Below, one piece after another: positions 19,703 through 29,365 of a stretch of DNA of 64,000 bases (the first letter of the stretch is position 1; the number at the start of each line of letters is the position of its first letter). The translations under genes were made by a program, and so were the position numbers. The stretch is from Candidatus Forterrea multitransposorum CG_2015-17_Forterrea_25_41. GTDB taxonomy: Archaea; Iainarchaeota; Iainarchaeia; Iainarchaeales; CSSED10-239. The notes below the pieces were generated by a model. That model worked only from the letters and a program-made list of their open reading frames with translations. It was not told the DNA's origin and ran no database searches. The stretch lies in contig CP045477.1 of NCBI GenBank assembly GCA_009392915.1, positions 64,001 to 128,000 on the forward strand, written 5' to 3'.

Positions 19703-19886
19703 TTTAAAAAATATTGATATGATTGGAAAAAAGATTTTTCTTGAAAATTCTTCAGATAAATCTAAAAAAAATCTTTCTGGTCTTATAATTTTTGAAACAA
19801 AAAACACTGTTGTTTTAAAAACAAATGAAAAAAAAATAATTAAAATTAAAAAAAATGAAATCTTAAAAATTAAAGAAGTTTTGTGA
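19692..19886 (+). CDS. rnp1: RNase P protein component Rpp29 (Rnp1)
   Basis: Short 64-aa protein with GLIIFETKNTVVL (Rpp29 ETKNT motif), in the conserved SUI1-Rnp1-S17 position. Confidence 0.6.
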   Translation: MMVNLKNIDMIGKKIFLENSSDKSKKNLSGLIIFETKNTVVLKTNEKKIIKIKKNEILKIKEVL

Positions 19887-19892
19887 TTTGAT

Positions 19893-20174
19893 ATGGTTGA
19901 AAAAAAATTAAGTGTTAGAGGAAAATTACTTGAAGGTAAAGTTTTAAAGATGAAAGCTAAAAAAACAGCTCAAATCGAAATTAAAACTACTAAGTATATT
20001 CCAAAATATGAAAGATATTTAGTAACTAGAAATAGATATTCAGTACATGTTCCTGAAGATATAACAATCTCTGTTGGAGATAATGTTTTATGCGGTGAAA
20101 CAAGAAAAATAAGTAAAACTAAATCTTTTGTTGTTATTAAAAAAATAGATTCCGTTCAAGGTGATCTTAAATGA
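19893..20174 (+). CDS. rps17: 30S ribosomal protein S17
   Basis: Conserved position. OB-fold sequence of 93 aa. Confidence 0.9.
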   Translation: MVEKKLSVRGKLLEGKVLKMKAKKTAQIEIKTTKYIPKYERYLVTRNRYSVHVPEDITISVGDNVLCGETRKISKTKSFVVIKKIDSVQGDLK

Positions 20175-20569
20175 AACAAGTTAGTGCACACCCAGTAAGA
20201 AGTTTAATAGTTGGTTCAAGATGTAATTGTACAGATAATAGTGGTGCAAAAATAGTTGAAATAATTTCTGTATATAAATTTAAATCTAGAAGAAGACAAT
20301 TTCCTTCTGCAGGAATAGCTTCTTTAGTTAATGTTGTTGTTAAAAAAGGAACTCCAAACACTAAAAAAAAGCTTGAAAAAGCAGTTATTGTAAGAGTTAA
20401 AAAAGAATATAGAAGACATAATGGTTTAAGAATTAGTTTTGAAGATAATGCGGTTGTTTTAACAGATGCAAAAGGATTTCCTAAATCTTCAGAAGTTAAA
20501 GGTTGTGTTGCAAAAGAAGTTGGTGAAAGATTCCCTAAAATTGCAGGTCTTGCATCAAGTGTTATTTAA
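20171..20569 (+). CDS. rpl14: 50S ribosomal protein L14
   Basis: Highly conserved L14 sequence (SGAKIVEIISV..., 132 aa). Confidence 0.95.
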   Translation: MKQVSAHPVRSLIVGSRCNCTDNSGAKIVEIISVYKFKSRRRQFPSAGIASLVNVVVKKGTPNTKKKLEKAVIVRVKKEYRRHNGLRISFEDNAVVLTDAKGFPKSSEVKGCVAKEVGERFPKIAGLASSVI

Positions 20570-20594
20570 TTATATTAAAAATTAAAAAGAATGA

Positions 20595-20987
20595 TTGTTA
20601 ATGAATAAAAAAATTACAAAAAATCCTGGAAAACAAAGATTAAAAATCTATAAAGGTCCACTTCATACTAAAAGAAAATTATTAGCATGTCCTTTAGATA
20701 AACCTTTACAAAAGAAATATGATCTTAAAAGCATCCTTATAAGAAAAGGAGATACTGTTAAGGTTATGGTTGGAGATGAAAAAGGAAAATCTGGGAAAGT
20801 TGAAATTGTTGATCATGCAAAAGCGAAAGTTTTTGTAAAAGATATTAAATATAAAAACTCAAGAGGTCAAGAAAAAATGTATCCTCTTGTAGCTTCAAAT
20901 CTTTTAATCACTGACTTAGTTGTTGATGATTTAAAAAGATTTAAAAAGAAAAAAACACCAGAGAAAAAAGGTGGAATAAATGACTAG
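20595..20987 (+). CDS. rpl24: 50S ribosomal protein L24
   Basis: KOW motif (RKGDTVKVMVGDEKGKSGKV). Confidence 0.9.
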   Translation: MLMNKKITKNPGKQRLKIYKGPLHTKRKLLACPLDKPLQKKYDLKSILIRKGDTVKVMVGDEKGKSGKVEIVDHAKAKVFVKDIKYKNSRGQEKMYPLVASNLLITDLVVDDLKRFKKKKTPEKKGGIND

Positions 20988-21669
20988 TAAAGGCGAAACT
21001 AAATGTTTAAAAATAAATAACGCAACTTCTATAAGTAGCGTTTCAAAAACAAAAAGATTTGTATATAATCCAAAACCTGGAAAACATACAAAAACAACAT
21101 CTATATCAATAGGTTTTGTTTTAAAACATTTACTTAATATTTGTGATAACACAAAAGAAGTAAAATATATCATTAACAATAGAGATGTAATAGTTGATAA
21201 AAAACTTGTTAAAAATTACAATCTTCCTGTAGGATTATATGATATTGTAGAAATTCCAAAACTTGAAAAATATTATGTTGTTGTGTATGCATCTAATAAA
21301 TCTTATGTTTTAAATGAAATTTCAAAAGATGAATCAAATTATAAAATTTGTAAAATAACTTCTAAAAAATTAATTAAAAAAGGAGAAGTTCAATTATCAA
21401 CAAATGATGGTAGAGTTTTATTAACTCAAAACCAAGCATATAAAGTTGGAGCTTCTATAAAACTTGATCTTTTAGAAAATACTATAAAAGAATATTTCCC
21501 TTTAGAGAAAGGAAGAGAAGTATTTGTATTTGCAGGAAAACACACTGGACAAAAAGGTACTGTTGAAGATATTAAAGAAAGTACTATGAAAAGACCTGCA
21601 TTAATAAAATTAAAATCAAACGGTATTGATTTTGAAACTGTTGAAAAAAATATAATAGTTATTAATTGA
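20980..21669 (+). CDS. rps4e: 30S ribosomal protein S4e
   Basis: Conserved position between L24 and L5. 229 aa. Confidence 0.9.
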   Translation: MTSKGETKCLKINNATSISSVSKTKRFVYNPKPGKHTKTTSISIGFVLKHLLNICDNTKEVKYIINNRDVIVDKKLVKNYNLPVGLYDIVEIPKLEKYYVVVYASNKSYVLNEISKDESNYKICKITSKKLIKKGEVQLSTNDGRVLLTQNQAYKVGASIKLDLLENTIKEYFPLEKGREVFVFAGKHTGQKGTVEDIKESTMKRPALIKLKSNGIDFETVEKNIIVIN

Positions 21670-21681
21670 ATGTGATATTTT

Positions 21682-22206
21682 ATGTCAAATGAAACAAAAA
21701 CAAATCCAATGAAAGAAATCTTTGTTGAAAAAGTTGTTGTAAATATAGGTGTTGGTGAAGGTGGTCCTGAACTTGAAAAAGCAATTAAAATAATTAAGCT
21801 TTTAACAAACAAGCCTGCTGTAAAAACCATGTGTAAAGTAAAACTTCCAACATGGGGTATAAGACCAGGAATTCCTATTGGTTGTAAAACAACTTTAAGA
21901 GGACAAGACGCTCTTGATTTTATTGAATTAACTTTAAAAGCTAAAAGAAATATTATTAAGAAAAAATCTTTTTCAAAAGATGGTAATTTTTCATATGGTA
22001 TACATGAATACTTAGACGTTCCAGGTATCAAATACGATCCTGATCTTGGAATTAAGGGGTTTGATGTTTGTGTTTCTTTAAAAAGAAAAGGTTTTAGAGT
22101 AAAACAAAGAAAAAATGATGTATCTAAACTTGGAAAGACACACAAAATATCAAAAGAAGACGCAATCAAATTTGCTGAAGAAAAGTTAAAGGTAGTGATT
22201 GAATGA
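21682..22206 (+). CDS. rpl5: 50S ribosomal protein L5
   Basis: L5 sequence (IGVGEGGPELEKA..., GIHEYLDVPGIKYDPDLGIKGFDV). Confidence 0.95.
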   Translation: MSNETKTNPMKEIFVEKVVVNIGVGEGGPELEKAIKIIKLLTNKPAVKTMCKVKLPTWGIRPGIPIGCKTTLRGQDALDFIELTLKAKRNIIKKKSFSKDGNFSYGIHEYLDVPGIKYDPDLGIKGFDVCVSLKRKGFRVKQRKNDVSKLGKTHKISKEDAIKFAEEKLKVVIE

Positions 22207-22394
22207 CTACAAATGATAAAAAAGAAAAAAAAGTTTTACCAACAATTAGTAAAACAAGTAAAGAGTATCAAAGATCAAAAGCTTGTAGATTTTGTGGTAC
22301 TCACAGAGGAGTTATTAGTAAATATAACTTAAAAATTTGTAGAAGATGTTTTAATGATCATGCTTTAGAGCTTGGCTTTAAAAAATATGATTAA
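22203..22394 (+). CDS. rps14: 30S ribosomal protein S14 (zinc-binding type)
   Basis: 63 aa with CRFCG...CRRCF zinc ribbon. Confidence 0.9.
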   Translation: MTTNDKKEKKVLPTISKTSKEYQRSKACRFCGTHRGVISKYNLKICRRCFNDHALELGFKKYD

Positions 22395-22420
22395 AATTTT
22401 AGTGCATTTAGGTGAAATAA

Positions 22421-22810
22421 ATGAGTTTGAACGATCCAATTTCAAATGCTTTGAATAATATAAACAACGCAGAAAATGTGGCAAAGAAGATATGTACACT
22501 TAACCATTCTAAGTTAGTGGAAAATATTTTGACTGTGCTTAAAAATGAAAATTACATTGGTAACTATAAAGTAATTGATAAGGCACCACATAAGAAGGTT
22601 GTTGTATATTTAGACGGTAGAATAAATAAGTGTAAGGCTATTAAACCAAGGTTTGCTGTAAAACACGATGAGTATGAAAAGTTTGAAAAATCTTTTTTAA
22701 TCTCAAGAGATGTAGGTATTTTTATTGTAAGTACCACTAGCGGACTTATGACCCACAAAAACGCAAAACAAAAGGGTCTTGGTGGAAGATTAATTGCATA
22801 TGTTTATTAA
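22421..22810 (+). CDS. rps8: 30S ribosomal protein S8
   Basis: S8 sequence (MSLNDPISNALNNINNAE...), in the conserved position. Confidence 0.9.
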   Translation: MSLNDPISNALNNINNAENVAKKICTLNHSKLVENILTVLKNENYIGNYKVIDKAPHKKVVVYLDGRINKCKAIKPRFAVKHDEYEKFEKSFLISRDVGIFIVSTTSGLMTHKNAKQKGLGGRLIAYVY

Positions 22811-22823
22811 ATTTTAAAAAAAA

Positions 22824-23384
22824 GTGATTTTTGTGACTGAAAAAAAAGGTAAAAAAGAAATTAAAGAAAATATTATAGAGATTCCTAATGGAATTAATGT
22901 AACAATTGATGATTCTAAAATAATTTTAGAAAAAGCATCAGTTGTTCAAGAAGTTCCATATAATCATGTATATATTTCTGTAGAAAAATTAGATAATAGT
23001 GTAAAAGTAATTCCTAACAATAAAAAAACTAAATATACTTCAGTATCAAACACTATTAAAAAATTAATATTAAATGCAATTCAAGGTTTTGATAAAGATT
23101 TTGTTTGTAAATTACAAGTTGTTTATTCTCACTTTCCAATGACTGCAAAAGTTGAAAATAATAAATTTATTATTTCAAATTTCTATGGAGAGAAAAAACA
23201 AAGAGTTGTAAATTTAGTTTCTGGTGTTAAGGTTGAAATTTCCGGAAAAGAAATTACACTTTCAGGTAAAGATAAACAAAAAGTAGGACAACTTGCAGGA
23301 AACATAGAATCTATTGCAAGAATGAAAAACAAAGACTACAGAGTTTTTGATGATGGTATTTATATTGTTGAAAAAGTTAAATAA
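22824..23384 (+). CDS. rpl6: 50S ribosomal protein L6
   Basis: Conserved position. 186 aa with the two-repeat L6 fold sequence. Confidence 0.9.
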   Translation: MIFVTEKKGKKEIKENIIEIPNGINVTIDDSKIILEKASVVQEVPYNHVYISVEKLDNSVKVIPNNKKTKYTSVSNTIKKLILNAIQGFDKDFVCKLQVVYSHFPMTAKVENNKFIISNFYGEKKQRVVNLVSGVKVEISGKEITLSGKDKQKVGQLAGNIESIARMKNKDYRVFDDGIYIVEKVK

Positions 23385-23391
23385 TTAGAGA

Positions 23392-23739
23392 ATGATTATT
23401 ATGAGTAACGATACACCAAAATTTAGAGCCCATTACGGCTTAACAACAAGAAGAAAAAAGAAAAGAAGAGATGTACAAGCTTGGAGATTTCCAAGAGGTA
23501 TTGATAGATCTTTATCTGAAAAAAGAGGTCCTATGCCAAAAATTGGTTATGGTCATAAGAAAGAAGAAAAAGGAATGCATCCTACAAAACTGATAGAAGT
23601 TTTAGTTTCTTCAAAAACAGATCTTGAAAACATCTTAACTGAAAATGTTGCAATAAGATTTAGTAAAAGACTTGGTGAAAAGAAAAAATTAGAACTTACA
23701 AATCTTGCAAAAGAAAGAAATTTCAAGGTTTTAAATTAA
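23392..23739 (+). CDS. rpl32e: 50S ribosomal protein L32e
   Basis: FRAHYGLTTRRKKKRRDVQAWRFPRGIDRS is typical of L32e. Confidence 0.85.
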   Translation: MIIMSNDTPKFRAHYGLTTRRKKKRRDVQAWRFPRGIDRSLSEKRGPMPKIGYGHKKEEKGMHPTKLIEVLVSSKTDLENILTENVAIRFSKRLGEKKKLELTNLAKERNFKVLN

Positions 23740-23751
23740 ATGTGAATCTTT

Positions 23752-24201
23752 ATGAAATTAAATAAATTAAAAGAAAAAGTTGGTCAAATACTTAAAAAAA
23801 GTAAGCATAAACTTAAGATTGCTCCAGAAAAATTAGAAGCTAATAAAAAGTCAGTTTCTGATGCAATTACAAAAGATGATGTTAGAAAATTAATTGTTGA
23901 TGGAATTGTTACAAAAAAGCCAAATACTGGTCAATCAAGAGGACGAGCAAGAGTTTTACTTGAAAAAAAGAAATTAAAAAGAAAAAGAGGTCCTGGAAAA
24001 AGAAAAGGAACTCAAAAAGCAAGACAAAAAGTTGACGAATATAACGTAAAGGTAAGAGCTTTAAGAAAAAGATTAAGAGAACTTAAGGCTGAAGATAAAT
24101 TAAATGGTAAAAATTATAATAGATTATACCTTAGAGTTAAAGGAAATTACTTCAGAGGAAAAAAACATCTTGAAGAATTTATTAATGGTGAAAATAAATG
24201 A
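23752..24201 (+). CDS. rpl19e: 50S ribosomal protein L19e
   Basis: Basic 149-aa protein between L32e and L18. Confidence 0.85.
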   Translation: MKLNKLKEKVGQILKKSKHKLKIAPEKLEANKKSVSDAITKDDVRKLIVDGIVTKKPNTGQSRGRARVLLEKKKLKRKRGPGKRKGTQKARQKVDEYNVKVRALRKRLRELKAEDKLNGKNYNRLYLRVKGNYFRGKKHLEEFINGENK

Positions 24202-24713
24202 AAATAGGTCCTACATATAACGTTCCTTTTAGAAGAAAAAGAGAGCAAAAAACAGATTATAATAAAAGACTTAAATTTTTAAAATCTGGTGAAAAAAGAT
24301 TTATTACAAGATTATCAAATTCAATTGTAAGAGCACAAATTGTAGATTATAAAATTGATGGAGATCAATCATTAGTTTTCATAACTTCTAAAAAATTAAA
24401 AGATTTTGGTTGGAAACACTCTCTTAAAAATACTTCTGCAATTTATTTAACTGGTTTACTTGCAGGTGTTCTTGCTAAAGAAAAAGGTATTAAAAAAGTA
24501 ATTTTTGATACAGGTGTTAGAAACTATAAAGCACATTCCAGAATTTATGCATCTTTAAAAGGTATTGTTGATGCTGGAATAGAAGCTCCACACGATCCAA
24601 AAGCATTTCCTTCAGATGATAGAATACAAGGAAAGCATGTTGAAGAAAACTTAAAGAATGATATTAGTAAAGACTTTTTAGAGGTTAAAGAAAAAATTCT
24701 TTCTAAAAAATAA
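24198..24713 (+). CDS. rpl18: 50S ribosomal protein L18 (L5e)
   Basis: Conserved position. 171 aa. Confidence 0.85.
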   Translation: MKIGPTYNVPFRRKREQKTDYNKRLKFLKSGEKRFITRLSNSIVRAQIVDYKIDGDQSLVFITSKKLKDFGWKHSLKNTSAIYLTGLLAGVLAKEKGIKKVIFDTGVRNYKAHSRIYASLKGIVDAGIEAPHDPKAFPSDDRIQGKHVEENLKNDISKDFLEVKEKILSKK

Positions 24714-24735
24714 TTTTTAATTAATGTGATATTTT

Positions 24736-25434
24736 ATGCCAAGAGAAAAAACTAACGGTCAAAATAAAAAAGGTCCAAGAAGAAGATCTGATAAATCTTA
24801 TAAAGATAAAGTTTTTAACAAAGATTTATGGAATCCTAAAACAAAATTAGGACAAAAAGTTAAAAGCGGAGAAATTTCTTCTTTAAAAGATGCTTTAAGA
24901 TATGGGAAAATAATGGAATCTGAAATTGTAGATTGTATTTTACCAGAAATTAAACACAAAATTGTTGATATTAAGAAAACAACAAGAGTTACAAGAGCTG
25001 GAAGACATTTCTCTTTTAGAGTAACTGCAATTGTTGGAGATAGTAATGGTCATATTGGTATTGGCTCTGCAAAAGATATCGAAAGATTTAATGCTCAAGA
25101 AAAAGCAATACAAAAAGCAAAATTAAATATGGTAGTTGTTAAAAGAGGTTCTGGTAGTTGGGAAAGTAACACTTATGACGATAACTCTGTACCTTACAGG
25201 ATTGTTGGAAAATGTGCTTCATTAAGAGTTGAACTTTTACCTGCTCCTAAAGGTGTTGGTCTTGCTGTAAGTGATTCTATTAAACCAGTTTTAGAACTTG
25301 CTGGAATTACAAATGTATGGTCTAAAACAAGAGGCGCAACTGACACTAAATTAAACTTTGTTAAAGCAACAATTGATGCTTTACATAACTTAAGTAAACT
25401 TAAAACTTTACCTGAAAAGAAAGAAGAAGAATAA
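24736..25434 (+). CDS. rps5: 30S ribosomal protein S5
   Basis: S5 dsRBD and C-terminal domain (GRHFSFRVTAIVGDSNGHIGIGSAK). Confidence 0.9.
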   Translation: MPREKTNGQNKKGPRRRSDKSYKDKVFNKDLWNPKTKLGQKVKSGEISSLKDALRYGKIMESEIVDCILPEIKHKIVDIKKTTRVTRAGRHFSFRVTAIVGDSNGHIGIGSAKDIERFNAQEKAIQKAKLNMVVVKRGSGSWESNTYDDNSVPYRIVGKCASLRVELLPAPKGVGLAVSDSIKPVLELAGITNVWSKTRGATDTKLNFVKATIDALHNLSKLKTLPEKKEEE

Positions 25435-25463
25435 AGATTATAAATTAAAAATGTGAAATAAAT

Positions 25464-25925
25464 ATGTTAATGGCAATAATTAGAGTAAGAGGTCCTGTAA
25501 AAATTAAAAAGGACATAGAAAAATCAATGACTTTATTAAATCTTACAAGAGCAAATCATTGTGTTCTTTATAATGATTCAGCTTATCTTAAAGGTAGTTT
25601 AAAGAAAGCAAAAGACTATATCACTTGGGGAGAAGTTTCAAAAGATGTTTTAAAGAAACTTTTAGTTAAGAGAGGATATGTTTATACTGCTGAAAATAAA
25701 TTAATTTCTTTTAATGATGCATTTTCAAAAGATCTTGATAAAATTATTGAAGAAATTTTTTCAGGTAAAAAAACTATTAAAGAATTAAATATTAAACCTG
25801 TATTTAGACTTAAACCTCCTTCAAAAGGTTATGATAGAAAAGGTATTAAAAAAACTTTTGTTGAAGGCGGAGCTTTAGGATACAGAAAAGAAGAAATTAA
25901 TAAATTATTAAAAAAAATGTTATAA
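25464..25925 (+). CDS. rpl30: 50S ribosomal protein L30
   Basis: MAIIRVRGPV... N-terminus. Conserved position after S5. Confidence 0.85.
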   Translation: MLMAIIRVRGPVKIKKDIEKSMTLLNLTRANHCVLYNDSAYLKGSLKKAKDYITWGEVSKDVLKKLLVKRGYVYTAENKLISFNDAFSKDLDKIIEEIFSGKKTIKELNIKPVFRLKPPSKGYDRKGIKKTFVEGGALGYRKEEINKLLKKML

Positions 25926-25950
25926 ATATTTTTAAAGAATGTGATTATTT

Positions 25951-26331
25951 ATGCCAAAATCAAAAGTTGATAGATTAAGAGGGAAAAGAACCCACGGAAA
26001 AGGAAATACAAAGAACAAAAGAGGTGCTGGTTGTAAAGGCGGTGCTGGAAGAGCAGGTTCTTTTAAACACAAGTTTACTAAATATTTCCCACTTTTAGGA
26101 AAGAGAAAATTAGTTTCTCCAAGACTTTCTGCAAAGGTAAGAGTAAAGACAATTACTTTACATGATTTAAACAAATATATAACAGACAAAGATTATATTG
26201 ATTTAAAAGAAATTGGTTTTGGAAAAATACTTGGAACTGGTAATTTATCAAAAGCTATTAAAATTAAAAACGCACAAGTTACAAAAATTGCAAAAGAAAA
26301 GATTGAAAAGGTTGGTGGAGTGATCGAATGA
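25951..26331 (+). CDS. rpl15: 50S ribosomal protein L15
   Basis: Gly/basic-rich N-terminus (RGAGCKGGAGRAG). Lies upstream of secY. Confidence 0.9.
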   Translation: MPKSKVDRLRGKRTHGKGNTKNKRGAGCKGGAGRAGSFKHKFTKYFPLLGKRKLVSPRLSAKVRVKTITLHDLNKYITDKDYIDLKEIGFGKILGTGNLSKAIKIKNAQVTKIAKEKIEKVGGVIE

Positions 26332-27659
26332 GTTTTTATGCTGTAGCACAAAAATTACTTCCATCAGTTAAAGATCCAACAAAATCTTTAACCATTAAAG
26401 ATAAATTAATTTGGACAGCAATTGTTTTAGTTGTCTTTTTTATTTTAGGTACTGTAATGCTTATTGGTATAAACCAAGCTCAGTTACCTCAACTTGAATA
26501 TTTACAAATGATCTTAGCAAGTCAAATAGGATCTTTAATAACATTGGGAATTGGTCCAATTGTTCTTGCATCTATTATTTTGCAATTACTTGCAGGAGTA
26601 AAAATAATTAATTTAGATTTTTCAAATCCTCAAGATAGAGCAAAATTTAGTATTTTACAAAAAATATCTTCAGTTGCTCTTGCAATTGTTGAATCAATCG
26701 TTGCTGTTAAGATTGGTTTTTTAGTTCCAATGCCAGGAATGGGCTTTATTGTGGCTCTTCAGGTTGTAATTGGTTCAATAATTATTTTATATTTAGATGA
26801 AGTGGTATCAAAGTATGGAATTGGTTCTGGAATAGGACTTTTCATTGCTGCTGGAGTTTCACAAACAATTATTTGGAGAATTTTTTCACCTCCTTTAGCA
26901 GGTTCCACTGGTGGCCTTATTTTTATGGCTATTGATTATATTTCTACAGGATCAATGCTTCAGTTATTGACTTCTGTTTTAATTCCATTATTAATGACTA
27001 TTATAGTATTTTTACTAGTAGTTTATGTGGAGGGTATGCATGTAAACATTCCATTAACTGTTGGAAGAAGTGGGATGGGTGCTAAGTATCCTGTGAAACT
27101 ATTGTATGTTTCTGTAATGCCAGTAATTTTTGCATCAACGTTATTTGCAAATTTTAATCTTTTAGTAAATGTTGCAAAAAATACTTCTCTTGAAAACATA
27201 ATGTTTAAGATTGGAGCTGTATTAACTCCTCAATATCAATTGCTTGAAAACGCTATATTAGGTGGTGCAACTGCTACTATGTGGCTAAATGCTTTAATAT
27301 ACATGGTGTTATTTGTATTAACTTGTGTCATCTTTGGTAAATTCTGGGTAATGGTTGGAGGACAAGATGCAAATTCAGTTGCAAGACAACTTCAAAATTC
27401 TGGAATGTCAATTCCTGGTTTTAGAAGAGATGAAAGAGTTTTAGCAACTGTATTAAATAGATATATACCAACAATTACAATTCTTGGTTCTATATTTGTT
27501 GGACTCTTAGCATTTGTTTCTGATCTTACAGGTGCCATTGGTTCTGGAACAGGAATATTATTAACCGTTGGAGTAATTTACAAGATCTATGAAGTTCTTG
27601 CAAAAGATCAAGTATTCCAAAATAGTGCGCTTTTAAAACAAGTAGCAGGTAGGAAATAA
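26328..27659 (+). CDS. secY: preprotein translocase subunit SecY
   Basis: 10-TM, 443-aa protein with conserved SecY motifs, downstream of L15. Confidence 0.95.
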   Translation: MSFYAVAQKLLPSVKDPTKSLTIKDKLIWTAIVLVVFFILGTVMLIGINQAQLPQLEYLQMILASQIGSLITLGIGPIVLASIILQLLAGVKIINLDFSNPQDRAKFSILQKISSVALAIVESIVAVKIGFLVPMPGMGFIVALQVVIGSIIILYLDEVVSKYGIGSGIGLFIAAGVSQTIIWRIFSPPLAGSTGGLIFMAIDYISTGSMLQLLTSVLIPLLMTIIVFLLVVYVEGMHVNIPLTVGRSGMGAKYPVKLLYVSVMPVIFASTLFANFNLLVNVAKNTSLENIMFKIGAVLTPQYQLLENAILGGATATMWLNALIYMVLFVLTCVIFGKFWVMVGGQDANSVARQLQNSGMSIPGFRRDERVLATVLNRYIPTITILGSIFVGLLAFVSDLTGAIGSGTGILLTVGVIYKIYEVLAKDQVFQNSALLKQVAGRK

Positions 27660-27681
27660 ATTTTAAAGAGGTTTTTAATAA

Positions 27682-28137
27682 ATGTTTGAAGCACCATTAA
27701 TAAGTTATTGGGTTGATATTATAATAATATCATTAGTTTTTGCTTTATCAAGTAAATTAATTCAACATTTTACAATAAACCCAAAAGATTATTTTTATAT
27801 TAAATTAAAAAGTAAACAAATAAACAAAGAAATGAAAGAACTTTCAAAAGTTCAAGATATGCAAGGTGTTAAAAATAAACAAAAAGAAGCTTTTTCAATG
27901 GTTGGAAAACAATTTAAGCTTCAACAAAAATCAATGATTGTAATGCTTTTAATTGCATTCCCTTTATTATGGGTTGTAAATAAATTTTATGCAGTTCCTT
28001 ATGATTTTATTTTATTTTCAGTAAAAACAGGGTTCTGGGCTTATGTTATTATTGGTATTGTTTTATCATTTATAATAAGTAATATTTATGATAAACAAAT
28101 GGTTAAAAGATATTACCCAAGTGGTAAATTAGATTAA
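27682..28137 (+). CDS. DUF106-type membrane protein (archaeal YidC/Oxa1/EMC3-like insertase candidate)
   Basis: Topology is TM1, then a cytoplasmic K/Q/E-rich coiled-coil, then TM2 and TM3. In archaea the secY-(adk)-DUF106-L34e neighbourhood is conserved. Confidence 0.5.
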   Translation: MFEAPLISYWVDIIIISLVFALSSKLIQHFTINPKDYFYIKLKSKQINKEMKELSKVQDMQGVKNKQKEAFSMVGKQFKLQQKSMIVMLLIAFPLLWVVNKFYAVPYDFILFSVKTGFWAYVIIGIVLSFIISNIYDKQMVKRYYPSGKLD

Positions 28138-28164
28138 TATTTTAAAAAAAAAGGTGAATTAATT

Positions 28165-28506
28165 ATGCCAAACTTTAATGAAAAATTTAAAAAACATAAA
28201 ACAATAAAAACTCCAAGTGGTAAAAAAACAAGACATATTTTAAAAAAGAAGCCAGGTAAACATATTTGTGCAATTTCACAAAAACCTCTTCAAGGTATGC
28301 CACACGGAAAAAGAGCTTTTGAAGTTGCAAGACTTACAAAGACACAAAGAAGACCAGAAAATTTACTTGCATCTATGATTTCTCCAGATGTAAGAAAAGA
28401 CATCTATCTTCAAGCTGTTATGCTTAAATATAATGTAATAACAATGGATGATGTTGATTTAAGATATTTAAAATATATCGAAATGATTAAAAACAAAATT
28501 GAATAG
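28165..28506 (+). CDS. rpl34e: 50S ribosomal protein L34e
   Basis: KTPSGKK...KKKPGKHICAISQKPLQGMP matches the L34e zinc-ribbon-like region. Confidence 0.8.
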   Translation: MPNFNEKFKKHKTIKTPSGKKTRHILKKKPGKHICAISQKPLQGMPHGKRAFEVARLTKTQRRPENLLASMISPDVRKDIYLQAVMLKYNVITMDDVDLRYLKYIEMIKNKIE

Positions 28507-28533
28507 TAATATATATATAATGAGTGATTTTTT

Positions 28534-28689
28534 ATGGGTGTTTTGAAAGTAGGAACTGAATGTATAATAATTCAGGGAAGAGATTTTGGTAAAAAAATTA
28601 AAATTGAAAAAGTTGTAAAGAATGATGTTTTTTACAAAAATAAAGACAAAGAGGTAAAACTGAGTATATTTCACGTTTTTCCAATATAA
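28534..28689 (+). CDS. rpl14e: 50S ribosomal protein L14e (short KOW protein), missing from the ORF track
   Basis: 51-aa ORF MGVLKVGTECIIIQGRDFGKKIKIEKVVKNDVFYKNKDKEVKLSIFHVFPI. The KOW-like GRDFGKK matches the L14e pattern (VGRVCVKTAGREAGRK), in the expected position after L34e. Confidence 0.5.
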   Translation: MGVLKVGTECIIIQGRDFGKKIKIEKVVKNDVFYKNKDKEVKLSIFHVFPI

Positions 28690-28701
28690 ATTTATAAATG
28701 A

Positions 28702-29343
28702 GTGTTAAATATGGCTAAAGCAAAGAAAAAAGATAGTGGAAATTCTAAAGGTGGAAAAGGAAATTCCAAAAATAAAAAACCACAGAAACAACAAAAAGGG
28801 AAAGAAAATTTTGGTGTTAAAGTTGCAACAAGAACTGAAAGAGTTGCAAATCAACCAACAAGAAAAGCTCCTTCACACTTTGATGCTTCTAAAGAAACTA
28901 AAGACTTTAGACATGTTGTAAGAATAAGTGGAAGAGATGTTCCTGGTTTTATGTCTTTAAAAGACGGACTTGTTTTTGTATATGGTATTGGAAAAAGAGT
29001 TTCTGGTGCTATTGAAAGTGTTTTCTTTAATAAAACTGATAGATATATTAAAAAAGTTGGATATTTAAATGAAAAAGATATTGAAATGATTGAAAACATT
29101 ATTTCAAATTTAGATAAAGAAATTCCTACATGGCTTTTAAATAGATCAAGAACAATGGATGGTCAAACAAAACATTTAATTATGGCTGACTTAAGACTTG
29201 AAAATAGAAAAGATTTCCAAAGACTTGGAAAAATTAAAAGTTATAGAGGACTAAGACTTCAATGGGGACTTACTGTTAGAGGACAAAAAACAAAATCTTC
29301 TTTTAGAAAAAGTGGTGCTGTTGGTGTTACTAAAAAGAAATAG
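28702..29343 (+). CDS. rps13: 30S ribosomal protein S13 with Lys-rich N-terminal extension
   Basis: S13 core (VRISGRDVPG...VYGIGKRVSGAIE...RGLRLQWGLTVRGQKTKS), preceded by a ~70-aa K/G/N-rich extension. The true start may be internal. Confidence 0.85.
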   Translation: MLNMAKAKKKDSGNSKGGKGNSKNKKPQKQQKGKENFGVKVATRTERVANQPTRKAPSHFDASKETKDFRHVVRISGRDVPGFMSLKDGLVFVYGIGKRVSGAIESVFFNKTDRYIKKVGYLNEKDIEMIENIISNLDKEIPTWLLNRSRTMDGQTKHLIMADLRLENRKDFQRLGKIKSYRGLRLQWGLTVRGQKTKSSFRKSGAVGVTKKK

Positions 29344-29365
29344 TATTATTAAGATGTGATTAATT

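Noticed and set aside
21426-22169. 247-aa antisense ORF spanning S4e/L5
   Set aside because: It lies opposite two universally conserved ribosomal protein genes. It has hydrophobic low-complexity composition typical of antisense reading of AT-rich coding DNA. The same reasoning applies to the other antisense ORFs within the ribosomal blocks and flanking core genes (8879-9106, 10181-10525, 14435-14758, 17725-17916, 20167-20361, 20931-21179, 22564-22758, 25932-26189, 28468-28674, 28736-28921, 28851-29099, 30667-30888, 31025-31249, 33044-33253, 41359-41583, 42618-42848, 44943-45188, 45025-45225).
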